Shown here in pieces: positions 11,514-22,250 of a DNA stretch of 64,000 bases. The stretch is taken from contig JABHFS010000001.1 in NCBI GenBank assembly GCA_018672475.1, positions 24,156-88,155 on the forward strand, read 5' to 3'. Numbering within the stretch: position 1 is the stretch's first letter; each line of letters opens with the position of its first letter. Source of the DNA: Gemmatimonadota bacterium. Its GTDB lineage: Bacteria; Latescibacterota; UBA2968; UBA8231. A program made the position numbers and the translations under genes. The notes beneath the pieces are model-generated. The model had not been told where the DNA came from. It worked only from the letters and a program-made list of their open reading frames with translations, and searched no databases.

Positions 11514-14500
11514 TTAGGGCGCGACCGAACCTGGGTCTTTGCCTGTATGCCACCAGCAATAGAAGATAAGCAAAAGGGCCAGCAGTAACAGCACGCCGGC
11601 TTGTATCTGGTAGGCGGTAGAAGATAGCGCTCCCAGACTTACGATGGTTGAAAACACCGAGGTGAATCCGAGCAGGATGTAGGCGAATAGGTTTTTGCGC
11701 AGCAATAGTACGACGGCGGCGACGGCAAAGGCGGTATCGGCTATAAAATTCAACAGGCCGTAATAGAATTCGTTTAGATGCACGGCTTCGCTGCCGTTGC
11801 TGATTAGGCCGAGGCCAACGCCGACTAGTGCCCATTGCATCCTCTTCCTTAATAAGGTGCGGCCGAAATGCAGCGCGATGCCGGCAACGATCGGGGCGGC
11901 GAAAGCCAAGCCCAAGCCGCTGCTGAGACCATTCCAGAAGGGCAAATACGCATCGAGACCGGATGGCAGGGAATAGCCGGGCGATGGGTTGTGGGCTATA
12001 AATTGCGCGGCCCAATAGCCGCGCAGGTGTTTCCATGACTGGCCGACGATAAGCAATAGACCGACCGCAATAAGGGCGTCGCGTAATTCGGGTACGCGGC
12101 GCGCGGCACGCAGGCGTTCGGGCCAGTCCGGGTAGAGGCCAGTCGCTAGGCCGAGGGCACCGACGATTAACAGGCCGACCCCCAGGCTGCTGGAGATGGC
12201 GACGAAGCATTGCGTAATAGTGAAGATCAGTAAGGTTAGTTGTGTGCTGTAGCCGCGTTCAAAAGTCGCGAGGCCGTTGAGGTAATTGAGCAAGAAGAAG
12301 ACCATGCCGACCGCGGCGATTTTGACGAGCGGTGCCCAGTTCAGGCCTTTGTGCCGGACTTGCTGGATTAGCAGCCAGAGGCTGTAGAGGATGGCGGCGA
12401 CCATCAATAGCGCGAGTAGCCCGGTGAGCGTGGATTTTAGCGTCGTGCTTTCTTGGCGCTCGCGCTGCCAGGCCTCGGGAATCTTAAGGAAACGCAGAAT
12501 ATTGCTGGCCTGGTCGCCGGCGATATCGACCCGCACCCTGTAGCGCAATTCGTCGATATTGCGCGGGTCGCCCGGAACGGCTTCAAAGACGAAACGATGG
12601 TCGCGACGGGCGGGTAATTTTTCAGAGCTAGATTCTTTGAGCAGCAGTTTTTCGCTATCGAAGCCGAAGGCCTGTAGGTGATTGAGCGCTATCGCGCGGG
12701 CTTGCGCCTCGTCGAGGTCGGCGCCTGGTGCTTCCTCGGGAAGCAGATGGCGCAAGGAATACAGCGCGCCGGTTTCTGGATGGATGGCGAGCTGGTATTC
12801 TTCCTTTTCTCCATAGCGGAAGAAGCGCGTCACCCAGAGGCTAGCTAAGAGGTCCTCCTGGTAGAGTCGATTGACGGTGCTTACCGGCTCGCGTTCGAGG
12901 ATGTATTTGATGCCCGAGCTATTGGGCTGGTTTTGGTGGAAGGTGACGATTTTATAGGTAGTGGCTTCTACCCCTGTCGCCTGCAAGTGCCCGATGGCCT
13001 TAGCTTCGGCTTGGGTGCGCGAAAGATCGATGTCGACGAAGTCGAGTGGCTTTTCGTAGTCGAGGGTGAAAAAACCGAGCGAAGCGACGGCGAGGATGGC
13101 GACGAGGGCGGTGCGTTGCAACGGTAGGGGCTTGTAGTCAAAGCTGGTTACGGCGGGTTGTCTGTCGACGGGGTCTGCTGTTTTCTCGGGGGATATTACA
13201 GCGGGTGTTATGGCTTGATCGTGCTCGTTGAGCAAGGGGGTTGGATCGGTGAAGTGCCGTTGGCGGAAGTAGAGGAAGAGTGCTACGGCCAAGGGCAATA
13301 ACATCAGCCCTGCAGAGATCGCCGCCGAGACAACGAAATAACTATTAGACGAGCGCAACAGAATCAACGCAGTATAGAGGGCGTCGACGGTATAGTGCCA
13401 GACTAATGGGGCGAGCAGGCCAAAGCGCAAGAATACGAAGCCGATGATAATACCGGCGATGCCGACTTCGATCCCGCGCACATAAAAGGGCTGTTGCGGA
13501 TACCCGGCGTGCGCGAATCCCCAGATGACGGCGGAGACTACGACCGCCGCCCAGCGCGATTTGAGGTATTTGTGCAAGAAGGGAATAGAAAAGGCCCGGG
13601 ACATGAATTCCTCGGAGACGGCGGGCATAAAGCCGATCAGTAGCACCATAATCCAAGGGAAGTAGGTATTGACCATCTCACTATAGGGAATTTGCGCTGG
13701 GCTCCAGGCACCGAATTTTTCCGCGATGATATAAAAGAGGGTCTGGTAGGCGAAGAAGAATGCGGTCATTGCCAGGCCGAGCACCGAACCGAGGAGGAAG
13801 CGTTTGGTGCGCATACCTGTGGGGGTGAACTGCGCACCAAGTTGGATCTGGTCGCCGTAATATTGCCGGTAGAGCGGTTCGGCCGCCGCCGTCAGAAAGA
13901 AAATGAATAGGCCCTGACCGATGGCTACGAGACCGGCATTGAGCAACTGGCGTGTCAGGAATGAGCCATAGGTGTCGGTCGTGTCGAAGCCGAATTCGGC
14001 TAAGGGCAAGTTGTTGAGTTCGGCTAGCAGCGTTAGGGCCGCGGCGATCCCGCCAAAGATCAGCGCGGTTTTCCAGCGGATGTCTTGGCCGCGCACTCGG
14101 CCGAAGAACACGGCCAACATCGCCAGCATGGTCAAGAGTAAAAACAGGCTGGCGACCATGCCGGTCGCCTGGTTGCGCGATTGCAGTTCGGTAAATTCGC
14201 GTTGCCAGGCTTCTGGCACTTTGAGATACTCGCCAAAACCGCCGACCTGGTCGCCCTGGATGCGCACATAGACGCGGTAGGTGCCTTCGCTGACGGCGAA
14301 GTCGCGCAACTTCCAGGTAAAGGTGTGGTCTACGCGATTAGGGCGTTCGTTGGTTTCGGCCTCGACGTATTCAAGTATCGTTAGGTCCCGCCCGAGATCA
14401 TCGGTGAGGAAGCGTTCGGCGTTCGCGCGGGCATTGATCTCGTCCAGACGGGCGCCCGGGTCCTCTTCGGCGATGATATGTGAGAAGCCGACGAGTTGGC

Positions 14501-14876
14501 CTGAAGTCGTGATATCGACTTGGTATTCTTGCTTTTGCAAGTCGCGCACCCAGCGGTTGCTCCAGCGCCAGAGTTGCACCGGTTGGCCGATTTTTTCGGT
14601 CGCCCCCTGTAGGCCGAGCTCGCGTTCGAGAAAGGTTTTGCTCTTGTCGTCGTAGCGAAATACGGCGCTGTGGCGATACTCCTCGAGGTCAAAACCGCGT
14701 TTGGCGAGGAAGGCGGCCGCTTGCGTCTCGGCTTGGTCGCGAGTAAGGCGAAAATCGATCGATGCCTCGGGAAATGCTTGATAGAAGTAGTGGACGCCAA
14801 TGGCTAGGCTGACGACGGCGACCAACAGACAGACGCCGATAAAACCCAGGTCTTTTTTTTCTAATTCCCCTTCCAT
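11514..14876 (-). CDS. Large CPBP (Abi/CAAX) intramembrane glutamic endopeptidase with internal duplication
   Basis: EEFMSR, WGFAH, WHYTVD motifs; many TM helices; two homologous extracytoplasmic repeats. Confidence 0.85.
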   Translation of the reverse strand: MEGELEKKDLGFIGVCLLVAVVSLAIGVHYFYQAFPEASIDFRLTRDQAETQAAAFLAKRGFDLEEYRHSAVFRYDDKSKTFLERELGLQGATEKIGQPVQLWRWSNRWVRDLQKQEYQVDITTSGQLVGFSHIIAEEDPGARLDEINARANAERFLTDDLGRDLTILEYVEAETNERPNRVDHTFTWKLRDFAVSEGTYRVYVRIQGDQVGGFGEYLKVPEAWQREFTELQSRNQATGMVASLFLLLTMLAMLAVFFGRVRGQDIRWKTALIFGGIAAALTLLAELNNLPLAEFGFDTTDTYGSFLTRQLLNAGLVAIGQGLFIFFLTAAAEPLYRQYYGDQIQLGAQFTPTGMRTKRFLLGSVLGLAMTAFFFAYQTLFYIIAEKFGAWSPAQIPYSEMVNTYFPWIMVLLIGFMPAVSEEFMSRAFSIPFLHKYLKSRWAAVVVSAVIWGFAHAGYPQQPFYVRGIEVGIAGIIIGFVFLRFGLLAPLVWHYTVDALYTALILLRSSNSYFVVSAAISAGLMLLPLAVALFLYFRQRHFTDPTPLLNEHDQAITPAVISPEKTADPVDRQPAVTSFDYKPLPLQRTALVAILAVASLGFFTLDYEKPLDFVDIDLSRTQAEAKAIGHLQATGVEATTYKIVTFHQNQPNSSGIKYILEREPVSTVNRLYQEDLLASLWVTRFFRYGEKEEYQLAIHPETGALYSLRHLLPEEAPGADLDEAQARAIALNHLQAFGFDSEKLLLKESSSEKLPARRDHRFVFEAVPGDPRNIDELRYRVRVDIAGDQASNILRFLKIPEAWQRERQESTTLKSTLTGLLALLMVAAILYSLWLLIQQVRHKGLNWAPLVKIAAVGMVFFLLNYLNGLATFERGYSTQLTLLIFTITQCFVAISSSLGVGLLIVGALGLATGLYPDWPERLRAARRVPELRDALIAVGLLLIVGQSWKHLRGYWAAQFIAHNPSPGYSLPSGLDAYLPFWNGLSSGLGLAFAAPIVAGIALHFGRTLLRKRMQWALVGVGLGLISNGSEAVHLNEFYYGLLNFIADTAFAVAAVVLLLRKNLFAYILLGFTSVFSTIVSLGALSSTAYQIQAGVLLLLALLLIFYCWWHTGKDPGSVAP

Positions 14877-15081
14877 CTCGATCTCCCATTGCTTGCCGTG
14901 TATTCGATAGGGTCCTTATATAATATGGCATAGGCATACTAACAAGCTATTTCTAATTGCGAACCGGCTTGCAAAATGATCAGCGGGTTGCCGGCCTGAA
15001 GTTGACGCGACCGGGCTGATTTTTTAGCCTTGGAAGCGTATTCTAACACGCGTAGAAACCAATTATTAAAAGGAGACCTCG

Positions 15082-16095
15082 ATGAGTAAAGGCGATGGGT
15101 TTCGCTGTGGTGTAGTCGGCTATGGTGGCGCCTTCAATATGGGCCGGTTGCATCTTACTTCAATGCAGAAGAATAAACGCATGGAAGTGGCTGCAGTTTG
15201 CGAGTTGGATCCGACGCGGCGGGCGGTGGCGAACGACGATTTCCCGGGTATTAAAACCTATGGCAGTGTCGGCAATATGCTGCGCGGTGCCGAGTTGGAC
15301 CTCGTTACGATCATTACCCCGCACAATACCCACGCCAAGCTGGCGGTGCAGTGCCTTAATGCGGGGGTAAACGTGGTCTGCGAAAAACCGCTGGCGATCA
15401 CCAGCGCCGAGGTCAAGCAGATGCTGACTACCGCCAAGAAGAAGAAGGTGATGATCTCCACTTTTCACAATCGGCGTTGGGACGGCGACTTCGTGGTCTT
15501 GCGCGATCTGATCCGCAAGGAAAAGATCATTGGCCGAGTTTTTCGCATTGAAGCCGGTTTTTTTGGCTATGGCGAGCAGGGGACCTGGTGGCGATCGAAC
15601 AAAGAAGTCTCGGGTGGGGCCATCTACGACTGGGGTGCGCATTTCACTGACTGGATCCTGAATATCATCACTGATCCGGTCGATTGGGTCAGCGGTTATC
15701 AGGTCAAAAATAACGAATGGAGTAAATACGATAACGAGGACCACTCCGAGTATACGGTGCAGTTTAAGGGCGGTTGCACCGCGACCTTGACGATGTCGAA
15801 TCTGTCGATGAGTCCTCGGCCGCGGTGGCGGATACTCGGCGAAAAAGGGTCGATCGAGGATGTCGGCGGCAAATACCTGGTCAATACAATCGTCAATGGC
15901 CGGCAGATGAGCACCGAAGTGCCCTTCGCCGAATCCAATTGGGATGCCTATTACGAGAATGTCTACAAGCATTTGATGGGCCGCGCCAAACTGGTGATTA
16001 CTCCCGAGTCCGCAGGCCGGGTGATCGGCGTGCTGGAAGCGGCCAATATCTCGGCCGCGCGCGGGTCACAACAGGTCAAACCCGCTTTTGCTTGA
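15082..16095 (+). CDS. Gfo/Idh/MocA family oxidoreductase
   Basis: GVVGYGG, TPHNTH, CEKP, FHNRRWD, GGAIYDWGAH. Confidence 0.93.
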   Translation: MSKGDGFRCGVVGYGGAFNMGRLHLTSMQKNKRMEVAAVCELDPTRRAVANDDFPGIKTYGSVGNMLRGAELDLVTIITPHNTHAKLAVQCLNAGVNVVCEKPLAITSAEVKQMLTTAKKKKVMISTFHNRRWDGDFVVLRDLIRKEKIIGRVFRIEAGFFGYGEQGTWWRSNKEVSGGAIYDWGAHFTDWILNIITDPVDWVSGYQVKNNEWSKYDNEDHSEYTVQFKGGCTATLTMSNLSMSPRPRWRILGEKGSIEDVGGKYLVNTIVNGRQMSTEVPFAESNWDAYYENVYKHLMGRAKLVITPESAGRVIGVLEAANISAARGSQQVKPAFA

Positions 16096-16423
16096 GCCGG
16101 AATTACCTACCTTGGACCTGGTGCAAGCCCAGGCCCTGTCGCCGTTATTGGGCATCGGTTGCCGCTCCGGTGATACCGTTATCGGCCTTTCGTCGGTGCG
16201 CCGGGCGGGCAAATTGGCCTTTGTCTTTGCCAGCGGGGATTTGGCCGTGCGCACCCTGCGCGAACTCGCGGGGTTGGCTGCGCGGGGCGTACGAGTATAT
16301 CTAGTCGAAGATTTTTCTGCTCTGACTAAGAGTTTTGGCCGCGCCGACGCCCAGGTGGTGGCCGTCGCGCGCGGCGACTTGGCCAAGGGCCTGGCCAAAC
16401 GTTTAAAGGGAGACAAAAAATGA
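16088..16423 (+). CDS. Divergent L7Ae/L30e (YlxQ-like) RNA-binding protein
   Basis: LLGIGCRSG..VIG..VRR..K...VFASGD...L..SFGR..VVAV pattern; translationally coupled to both neighbours. Confidence 0.6.
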   Translation: MLEPELPTLDLVQAQALSPLLGIGCRSGDTVIGLSSVRRAGKLAFVFASGDLAVRTLRELAGLAARGVRVYLVEDFSALTKSFGRADAQVVAVARGDLAKGLAKRLKGDKK

Positions 16424-17166
16424 TTCTTGCCGAGATGACCTCGCCAGAAATAGACGCTCTGCCGCGCGATATCGTAGTGCTGATGCCGGTGGCCTCTTGC
16501 GAACAGCACAGTTTACACTTGCCGGTGTTTACCGACTCGATGATCGGCGGCGAAGTCGCCCGCCGGGTGCACGAGCGAGTGCCCGACGACGTGTTGGTGC
16601 TGCCAGTGCAATGGCTGGGCTATTCGCAGCACCATATCCGTTATCCAGGCACGATCAGCGCGATATCCGAAACTCATTTATTGTTAATGATGGATATCGT
16701 CGCTGCGATGGTCGGTTATGGTTTCAAGAAGATCCTGGTACAAAACAGCCACGGCGGTAATAGCCCCAATATTTCGGTGTTGTTGCAAAGACTGATGGAG
16801 CGCTATGGCGACGAGCAGATCGAGGTCTACTCGCGCTGGGCTTGGGCTGGCGGCGACAAGCTCGACGAGATCCGTACGCTGGGCGGTGGCGGCTCGGGGC
16901 ATGCGGGTGAAACCGAGACCTCGATGGTCCTGGCGATGCGTCCGGACCTGGTGCGCACCGATCGCCTCGACCCCGACGGGGAACGCGAGGGCATGCGGGT
17001 GCCGGGCGTCGCTGCCTATCATCGTTTTGACCAGCGCACGCAACACGGCGGTGTCGGCGATCCGCGGCCGTCGACGGCGGAACAGGGCCAGGCGCTGCTC
17101 GATGCTTCCGCTGACGAGGTGGCCGAAGCGGTGCGGCAGATCAGGGAGTTAAAGCCTTTTAGCTAA
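16420..17166 (+). CDS. Creatininase family amidohydrolase
   Basis: EQHSLHLPVFTD, NSHGGN, HAGETETS, GGVGDP. Confidence 0.92.
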   Translation: MILAEMTSPEIDALPRDIVVLMPVASCEQHSLHLPVFTDSMIGGEVARRVHERVPDDVLVLPVQWLGYSQHHIRYPGTISAISETHLLLMMDIVAAMVGYGFKKILVQNSHGGNSPNISVLLQRLMERYGDEQIEVYSRWAWAGGDKLDEIRTLGGGGSGHAGETETSMVLAMRPDLVRTDRLDPDGEREGMRVPGVAAYHRFDQRTQHGGVGDPRPSTAEQGQALLDASADEVAEAVRQIRELKPFS

Positions 17167-17174
17167 GCTGTCGT

Positions 17175-17430
17175 GAAACTGGCTACTGGCTACTTCTATT
17201 GACCACTGGATCTAGTGGGAGAGGCGGACGACCAGCCGCATATCGCTTTGCGCGACCACGATGGCTCCGATCACGGTCCGGGCGACGCGGCTTATGCCGT
17301 GCGGGCCGGGGGCCGGCTGGACGCTCGAACTATTCGAGTCGCCCGTGAGCGACGGCGAGGGCCGTGATCTATTCTATGCCGTCAACGACGGCGCGGGTTG
17401 GACGATTGAAGCGGTCGACCCGCCGGGGCG
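17175..17430 (+). pseudogene. Degraded fragment of a beta-propeller-type repeat protein
   Basis: Broken frames reading DDQPHIA..D..AAYAV / GWTLE / DLFYAVNDGAGWTIEAVD, with a stop and a frameshift. Confidence 0.45.
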
Positions 17431-17651
17431 GGGCGTTATTTGCTGCGTTTGCAGGCAGATGCCCAATAGGCTACGAGGAAGGTGTTCTTGTGGCGATGCC
17501 CCGACTGTTTTGTAGTAGGCCATGGGGAAGCGGTTGACATGGTTTCGGGCGGAATCTATTTTGGCTAGTAGAGCTTGCCAACCCATGGTCTCTACTGTGA
17601 TTTAGAGACTCAAGGCCGCGGGGAATCGACCTGCGGCCCTTCCCTTATATA

Positions 17652-19904
17652 ATGCAGACAATAGCACCAAGCCCCCGATTATTAGAAACTCCGCCCGAGG
17701 CCGTGCGCACCGTGTTAACGGATCGTTTACCCGCGGGCGAAGAGGTCTTGATCCAGGTCGTTACGGATCTGACGGCGGAGCGTGCCTATGGTGCGCAATG
17801 GATTGTCGTGACGGCTGAACGCGTGATCATCGTGCCCGTCGAGGGGAACGATGCAACGGTGGAGGTAGCCGTCGACAAGATCAAGCTGGCGCGGACTGAG
17901 CCCTTGGTCGGTGGCGGCCGACTCGAGATCGAACAAGAGGCGGCCGCGACGCTTTTGCTGCCTTATTCCGGCTCCTTGTCTGGCAAGTTTTCGGAAGTAG
18001 CTCGCGGTATAGAACAATTGCGCAAGGGCGAGCCCTTCTTTATCAACGCCAAACTCGACCGCACCCGTTGCGAAAAGTGCGATCGCCTACTCCCAGAAAA
18101 AAACGGTATTTGCCCAGCGTGCATCAGAAAGCTCGCAACGCTCAAGCGTATCGCCTCGTTTATGGTCCCCTACAAGGGCCGGGCGGCGATACTCGCGATC
18201 GCCTCGGTCGCGACGACGGTGGCAGAGCTGATGCCACCTTTGGTGACCAGGCATCTGGTCGACGATGTCTTGGCGCCGATGGTGGGCAGCAATCTCAAGA
18301 TTGAAGACCGCTACGATCTGTTGGGTATGTTGGTATTGGCATTGGTCGGGGTCAGGATCTGGAGTTGGGGCGCCGAGTTGGTGCACCATTGGGTGGTGTC
18401 GTGGCTCGGAGCTAGGGTGACGACGGATATTCGCGCATTGCTCTATCGCCGGCTGGAGATGCTTTCGCTGCAATTTTACGACAAGCGATCAATCGGCGGC
18501 TTGATCTCTAGGGTATCGCGCGATGCCGAGATGATGCAGGATTTTCTCGTCGATGGTCTGCCCTACCTGATCATCGAAGGTCTGATGGTGATCGGCATAC
18601 TAGGCTTTCTGTTTTCGATGAGTTGGAAGATCACCCTGTTGATCATGATACCGGTGCCGCTGCTTTTGCTCTGGAGCATTTTTTTTTGGCGGCGGATGCG
18701 GTGGATCTTCCGCAAATGGCACCATGGCTGGTCGCAGCTGAGCGGCCGGCTCAATGAGGCCCTGCATGGGATTCGAGTCGTCAAGGCTTTTGCGCAAGAG
18801 CATCGCGAGATCGAGGCCTTTACAGAGCACAATGAATATTTAGCCGTCTCCGGGCGACGCGCTTCCCGCAATTGGTTCGTCTTGTGGTCGACGATGAGCT
18901 TGGCCACGGGGTTGGGCATTCTCATCGTCTGGTATTTCGGAGGCGCTGAAGTGCTGCGCGGCGAACTGACCTTGGGAACCTTAATGGCGATCTACTACTA
19001 TATGTGGCTGGTCTACGGACCGTTGGAGTGGTTTGCCGAAGTCAATTCCTGGATGACTCGGGCATTTGCCGGTGCCGAGCGCATCTTCGAGGTCATCGAC
19101 GCACCGGCCGAAGCCTACGAAGACCCCGATGCAGTCGCCATGCGCCAAATGCAGGGGCGGGTGGTGTTCGACGGGGTGACGTTCGGTTATGACAAGAGTA
19201 AACCTGTGCTGCACGAGATCGACTTAGAGGTCGAGCCGGGCGAGATGATCGGCCTGGTCGGTCGCTCGGGAGTGGGCAAGACCACCACGATCAACCTGGT
19301 GAGCCGCTTCTACGACGTCGACCGGGGCGAACTCTCGATCGATGGGGTCGATATTCGCAAAATAAAACTGCAGGATTTACGCTCGCAAATCGGCATCGTG
19401 CCACAGGAGCCGGTGCTTTTTTCGGGGACGATCGCCGAGAATATCAGCTATGGCAAACCCGGGGCCGGATTGCCTGATATTATGGATGCGGCGAGGGCGG
19501 CCAACGCGCACAAGTTTATCATGGCCAAGCCAGATGGCTACGATACGCCGATAGGCGAACGAGGGGCCGGGGTTTCCGGCGGCGAGCGCCAACGGATCGC
19601 CATCGCCCGCGCGATATTGCACGACCCCAAGGTGCTGATCCTCGATGAGGCGACCTCGTCGGTAGACGTGGAGACCGAGAAGCAGATACAAGAGTCGATC
19701 GCCCACTTGATCAAAGGGCGTACCACCTTCGCCATAGCGCACCGGCTTTCTACCTTGCGCAATGCCGATCGCTTGGTCGTACTCGATGCCGGGCGCATCG
19801 TCGAGATCGGCACCCATGACGAATTGATCGAGCAGGGGGGGCGCTTCGCTGAGCTGGTGCGTTTGCAGCAGGAAGTGGCTGAAATCATCGCGATCAAGGA
19901 TTGA
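17652..19904 (+). CDS. ABC exporter, fused permease/ATPase with N-terminal domain and CxxC-x10-CxxC
   Basis: GRSGVGKT, VSGGE, ILDEAT, AHRLST; six-TM region; CEKC..CPAC. Confidence 0.93.
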   Translation: MQTIAPSPRLLETPPEAVRTVLTDRLPAGEEVLIQVVTDLTAERAYGAQWIVVTAERVIIVPVEGNDATVEVAVDKIKLARTEPLVGGGRLEIEQEAAATLLLPYSGSLSGKFSEVARGIEQLRKGEPFFINAKLDRTRCEKCDRLLPEKNGICPACIRKLATLKRIASFMVPYKGRAAILAIASVATTVAELMPPLVTRHLVDDVLAPMVGSNLKIEDRYDLLGMLVLALVGVRIWSWGAELVHHWVVSWLGARVTTDIRALLYRRLEMLSLQFYDKRSIGGLISRVSRDAEMMQDFLVDGLPYLIIEGLMVIGILGFLFSMSWKITLLIMIPVPLLLLWSIFFWRRMRWIFRKWHHGWSQLSGRLNEALHGIRVVKAFAQEHREIEAFTEHNEYLAVSGRRASRNWFVLWSTMSLATGLGILIVWYFGGAEVLRGELTLGTLMAIYYYMWLVYGPLEWFAEVNSWMTRAFAGAERIFEVIDAPAEAYEDPDAVAMRQMQGRVVFDGVTFGYDKSKPVLHEIDLEVEPGEMIGLVGRSGVGKTTTINLVSRFYDVDRGELSIDGVDIRKIKLQDLRSQIGIVPQEPVLFSGTIAENISYGKPGAGLPDIMDAARAANAHKFIMAKPDGYDTPIGERGAGVSGGERQRIAIARAILHDPKVLILDEATSSVDVETEKQIQESIAHLIKGRTTFAIAHRLSTLRNADRLVVLDAGRIVEIGTHDELIEQGGRFAELVRLQQEVAEIIAIKD

Positions 19905-22174
19905 ATGTGGAAACTTCCGTTTTAGACAGACCGTTTATCGAGGACCCACCGTTTATTGTAGCGGATAAGTTCGACGGGGTGCGGGCAGAGGGCGAAGTTC
20001 TCCATATCCAAGTCGCCACCGATATGTCCGATGAGCAAGTCTACGGCGAGCGTTGGCTGCTGGCGACTGATAAGCAGGTTTGCATTATCCCCGTCGATGG
20101 CATCGACGGCATCGAGCAGATCGCGTTAGACCAGGTGCAAGGGGCCGAGGTGCGGGAATTGGTCGGCGGGGGGTATCTCGAGGTCTCGTGCAAGGAGGGG
20201 CCGCCGAGTTACCTATACTACTCGAATTCACTGCACTCCAAATTCGTCGAAGTCGCCGCCGGCATCGCCCGTCTCGCAGAGGGCGAAGACCCGGAGTTGC
20301 CGACTCTGATCGAGCGTACGCGCTGCGAAAAATGTGAGCGCCTGCTGCCCGAAAAAGATGGTTTCTGCCCATTCTGCTTGTCGAAGTGGGGGACCTTCAA
20401 ACGCATCGCCTCTTTTTTGTTGCCCTACAAATCCAGGGTCATCGGGTTGATATTGGGTTCGGTGCTAACGACGGCGTTGGGGCTTTTGCCGCCCTACGTG
20501 GTCTCGCTTATCATCGACGACGTGCTGACGCCTGCGGCCGAAGGGCAGATGACCTTTGACGCCGGTGTCGAGTTGTTGGCGCTTCTGGTCGGTGGGTTAC
20601 TGGGCGCGCAGGTGTTGGCTTGGGGAATCGAGGTTTTCACTGGTTTTATGCGCGCCGATTTATCGGCGTGGTCAACCCGTGACGTGCGGGCCAAGCTCTA
20701 TCGCAATTTGCAGTTTTTGCCGCTGAGATTTTACGAGAAACGCCAGGTCGGTAATTTGATTGCGCGTTTTACCCAGGACTCCGACCGTCTAGAGATGCTG
20801 CTGTTAATGTTTATCCCCTTCGTGATTACCAATGTCCTGTTGTTCTTTGGGGTGTTGGGGTTGCTGCTCTATATGAACTGGCAACTGACGCTCTACGTAC
20901 TGGCGCCGACGCCGTTTATCGTCTACGCCAGTCTCAGGCGTTTTTCGTTGATGCGGGTGCAGTGGGGCCGTTGGTCTACTAAGTGGTCCAGGCTCTCGTC
21001 GCATCTTAATGAGTCGATCAACGGGATCCGTATCGTCAAGGCTTTCGCGCAGGAGGAGCGCGAGGAAAAGCGCTTTGCAGTCCGCAACGAAGACCTGTGG
21101 AAGACAGCCGTTACTGCCGAACGAACTTGGGTGGTGCTCTACGCGGTATCGAACTTCGTAATGAGTTTCGGCATCTTTCTGGTGTGGTATTTCGGTGGGC
21201 GTCAGATCCTCAGTGATGAATTGACGTTGGGTGTGTTGATGGCCTTTATCAGTTATATCTGGCAGCTCTACCGCCCGATACAGTTTTTCACCAACGCCAG
21301 TAATATGCTCACACGCTCTTTTGCCGGGGCGGAGCGCATCTTCGAAGTCATCGACGCCAAAGCCGAGCCCTTTGACGATCCTCAGGCGGTGCGCTTGCCG
21401 AAGTTGGAGGGGCGGGTGGAGTTTCGCGACGCCTTCTTCGGTTACGACCCGGGCAAACCTGTGCTCAAAGGGGTAGATCTCGTCGTCGACCCGGGTGAGA
21501 TGATCGGTTTGGTGGGTAAATCAGGCGCGGGTAAGAGTACCTTAATTAATCTTATCTGCCGGTTTTACGATGTTGACCGGGGTGCCGTGCACGTCGACGG
21601 CACGGATATTCGCCAATTGAGCCTCGGGGATCTGCGCGGGCAGATCGGCATGGTGGCGCAGGAATCCTTCCTCTTTAACGGCTCTATATTCGAGAATATT
21701 TGTTATGCCCGGCCAGACGCCTCGTTCGCAGAGGTGATGCGCGCGGCAAAAGCGGCCAATGCGCACGAGTTTATCGTGCAAAAGCCCGACGGCTACGATA
21801 GCAAAGTCGGCGAGAGGGGCGACAAGCTTTCGGGCGGGGAAAAACAGCGCATCTCCATCGCCCGCGCGATCCTGCACGACCCCAAGATTCTGATCCTCGA
21901 TGAGGCGACTTCCTCGGTCGATACACCAACCGAAAAGAAAGTGCAGGAAGCCATCCAAAGGCTAGTGCAAGGGCGGACGACTTTTGCGATCGCCCATAGG
22001 CTCTCCACTTTGCGCAATGCCGATCGTCTTGTGGTGATAGACGAGGGTAAGGTCGCCGAAGTCGGGACCCACCAGGAGTTGATGGAGAGAGAGGGCATCT
22101 TCTACAAGCTGGTGAACACGCAACAACAGACGACGGCGGTGATGGCGGTGGGAGGGGGAAAAGATGCAGACTAA
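19901..22174 (+). CDS. ABC exporter paralog, fused permease/ATPase with CxxC-x10-CxxC
   Basis: GKSGAGKS, LSGGE, ILDEAT, AHRLST; CEKC..CPFC; overlaps the upstream stop. Confidence 0.93.
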   Translation: MNVETSVLDRPFIEDPPFIVADKFDGVRAEGEVLHIQVATDMSDEQVYGERWLLATDKQVCIIPVDGIDGIEQIALDQVQGAEVRELVGGGYLEVSCKEGPPSYLYYSNSLHSKFVEVAAGIARLAEGEDPELPTLIERTRCEKCERLLPEKDGFCPFCLSKWGTFKRIASFLLPYKSRVIGLILGSVLTTALGLLPPYVVSLIIDDVLTPAAEGQMTFDAGVELLALLVGGLLGAQVLAWGIEVFTGFMRADLSAWSTRDVRAKLYRNLQFLPLRFYEKRQVGNLIARFTQDSDRLEMLLLMFIPFVITNVLLFFGVLGLLLYMNWQLTLYVLAPTPFIVYASLRRFSLMRVQWGRWSTKWSRLSSHLNESINGIRIVKAFAQEEREEKRFAVRNEDLWKTAVTAERTWVVLYAVSNFVMSFGIFLVWYFGGRQILSDELTLGVLMAFISYIWQLYRPIQFFTNASNMLTRSFAGAERIFEVIDAKAEPFDDPQAVRLPKLEGRVEFRDAFFGYDPGKPVLKGVDLVVDPGEMIGLVGKSGAGKSTLINLICRFYDVDRGAVHVDGTDIRQLSLGDLRGQIGMVAQESFLFNGSIFENICYARPDASFAEVMRAAKAANAHEFIVQKPDGYDSKVGERGDKLSGGEKQRISIARAILHDPKILILDEATSSVDTPTEKKVQEAIQRLVQGRTTFAIAHRLSTLRNADRLVVIDEGKVAEVGTHQELMEREGIFYKLVNTQQQTTAVMAVGGGKDAD

Positions 22175-22250
22175 TCATCGGCAAGTCGGGGGCGCTTTTT
22201 TGCTTGTCGATGGAGTGTGGTAAGGGGCCGCGGCCCTCGCGAGATGCTTT

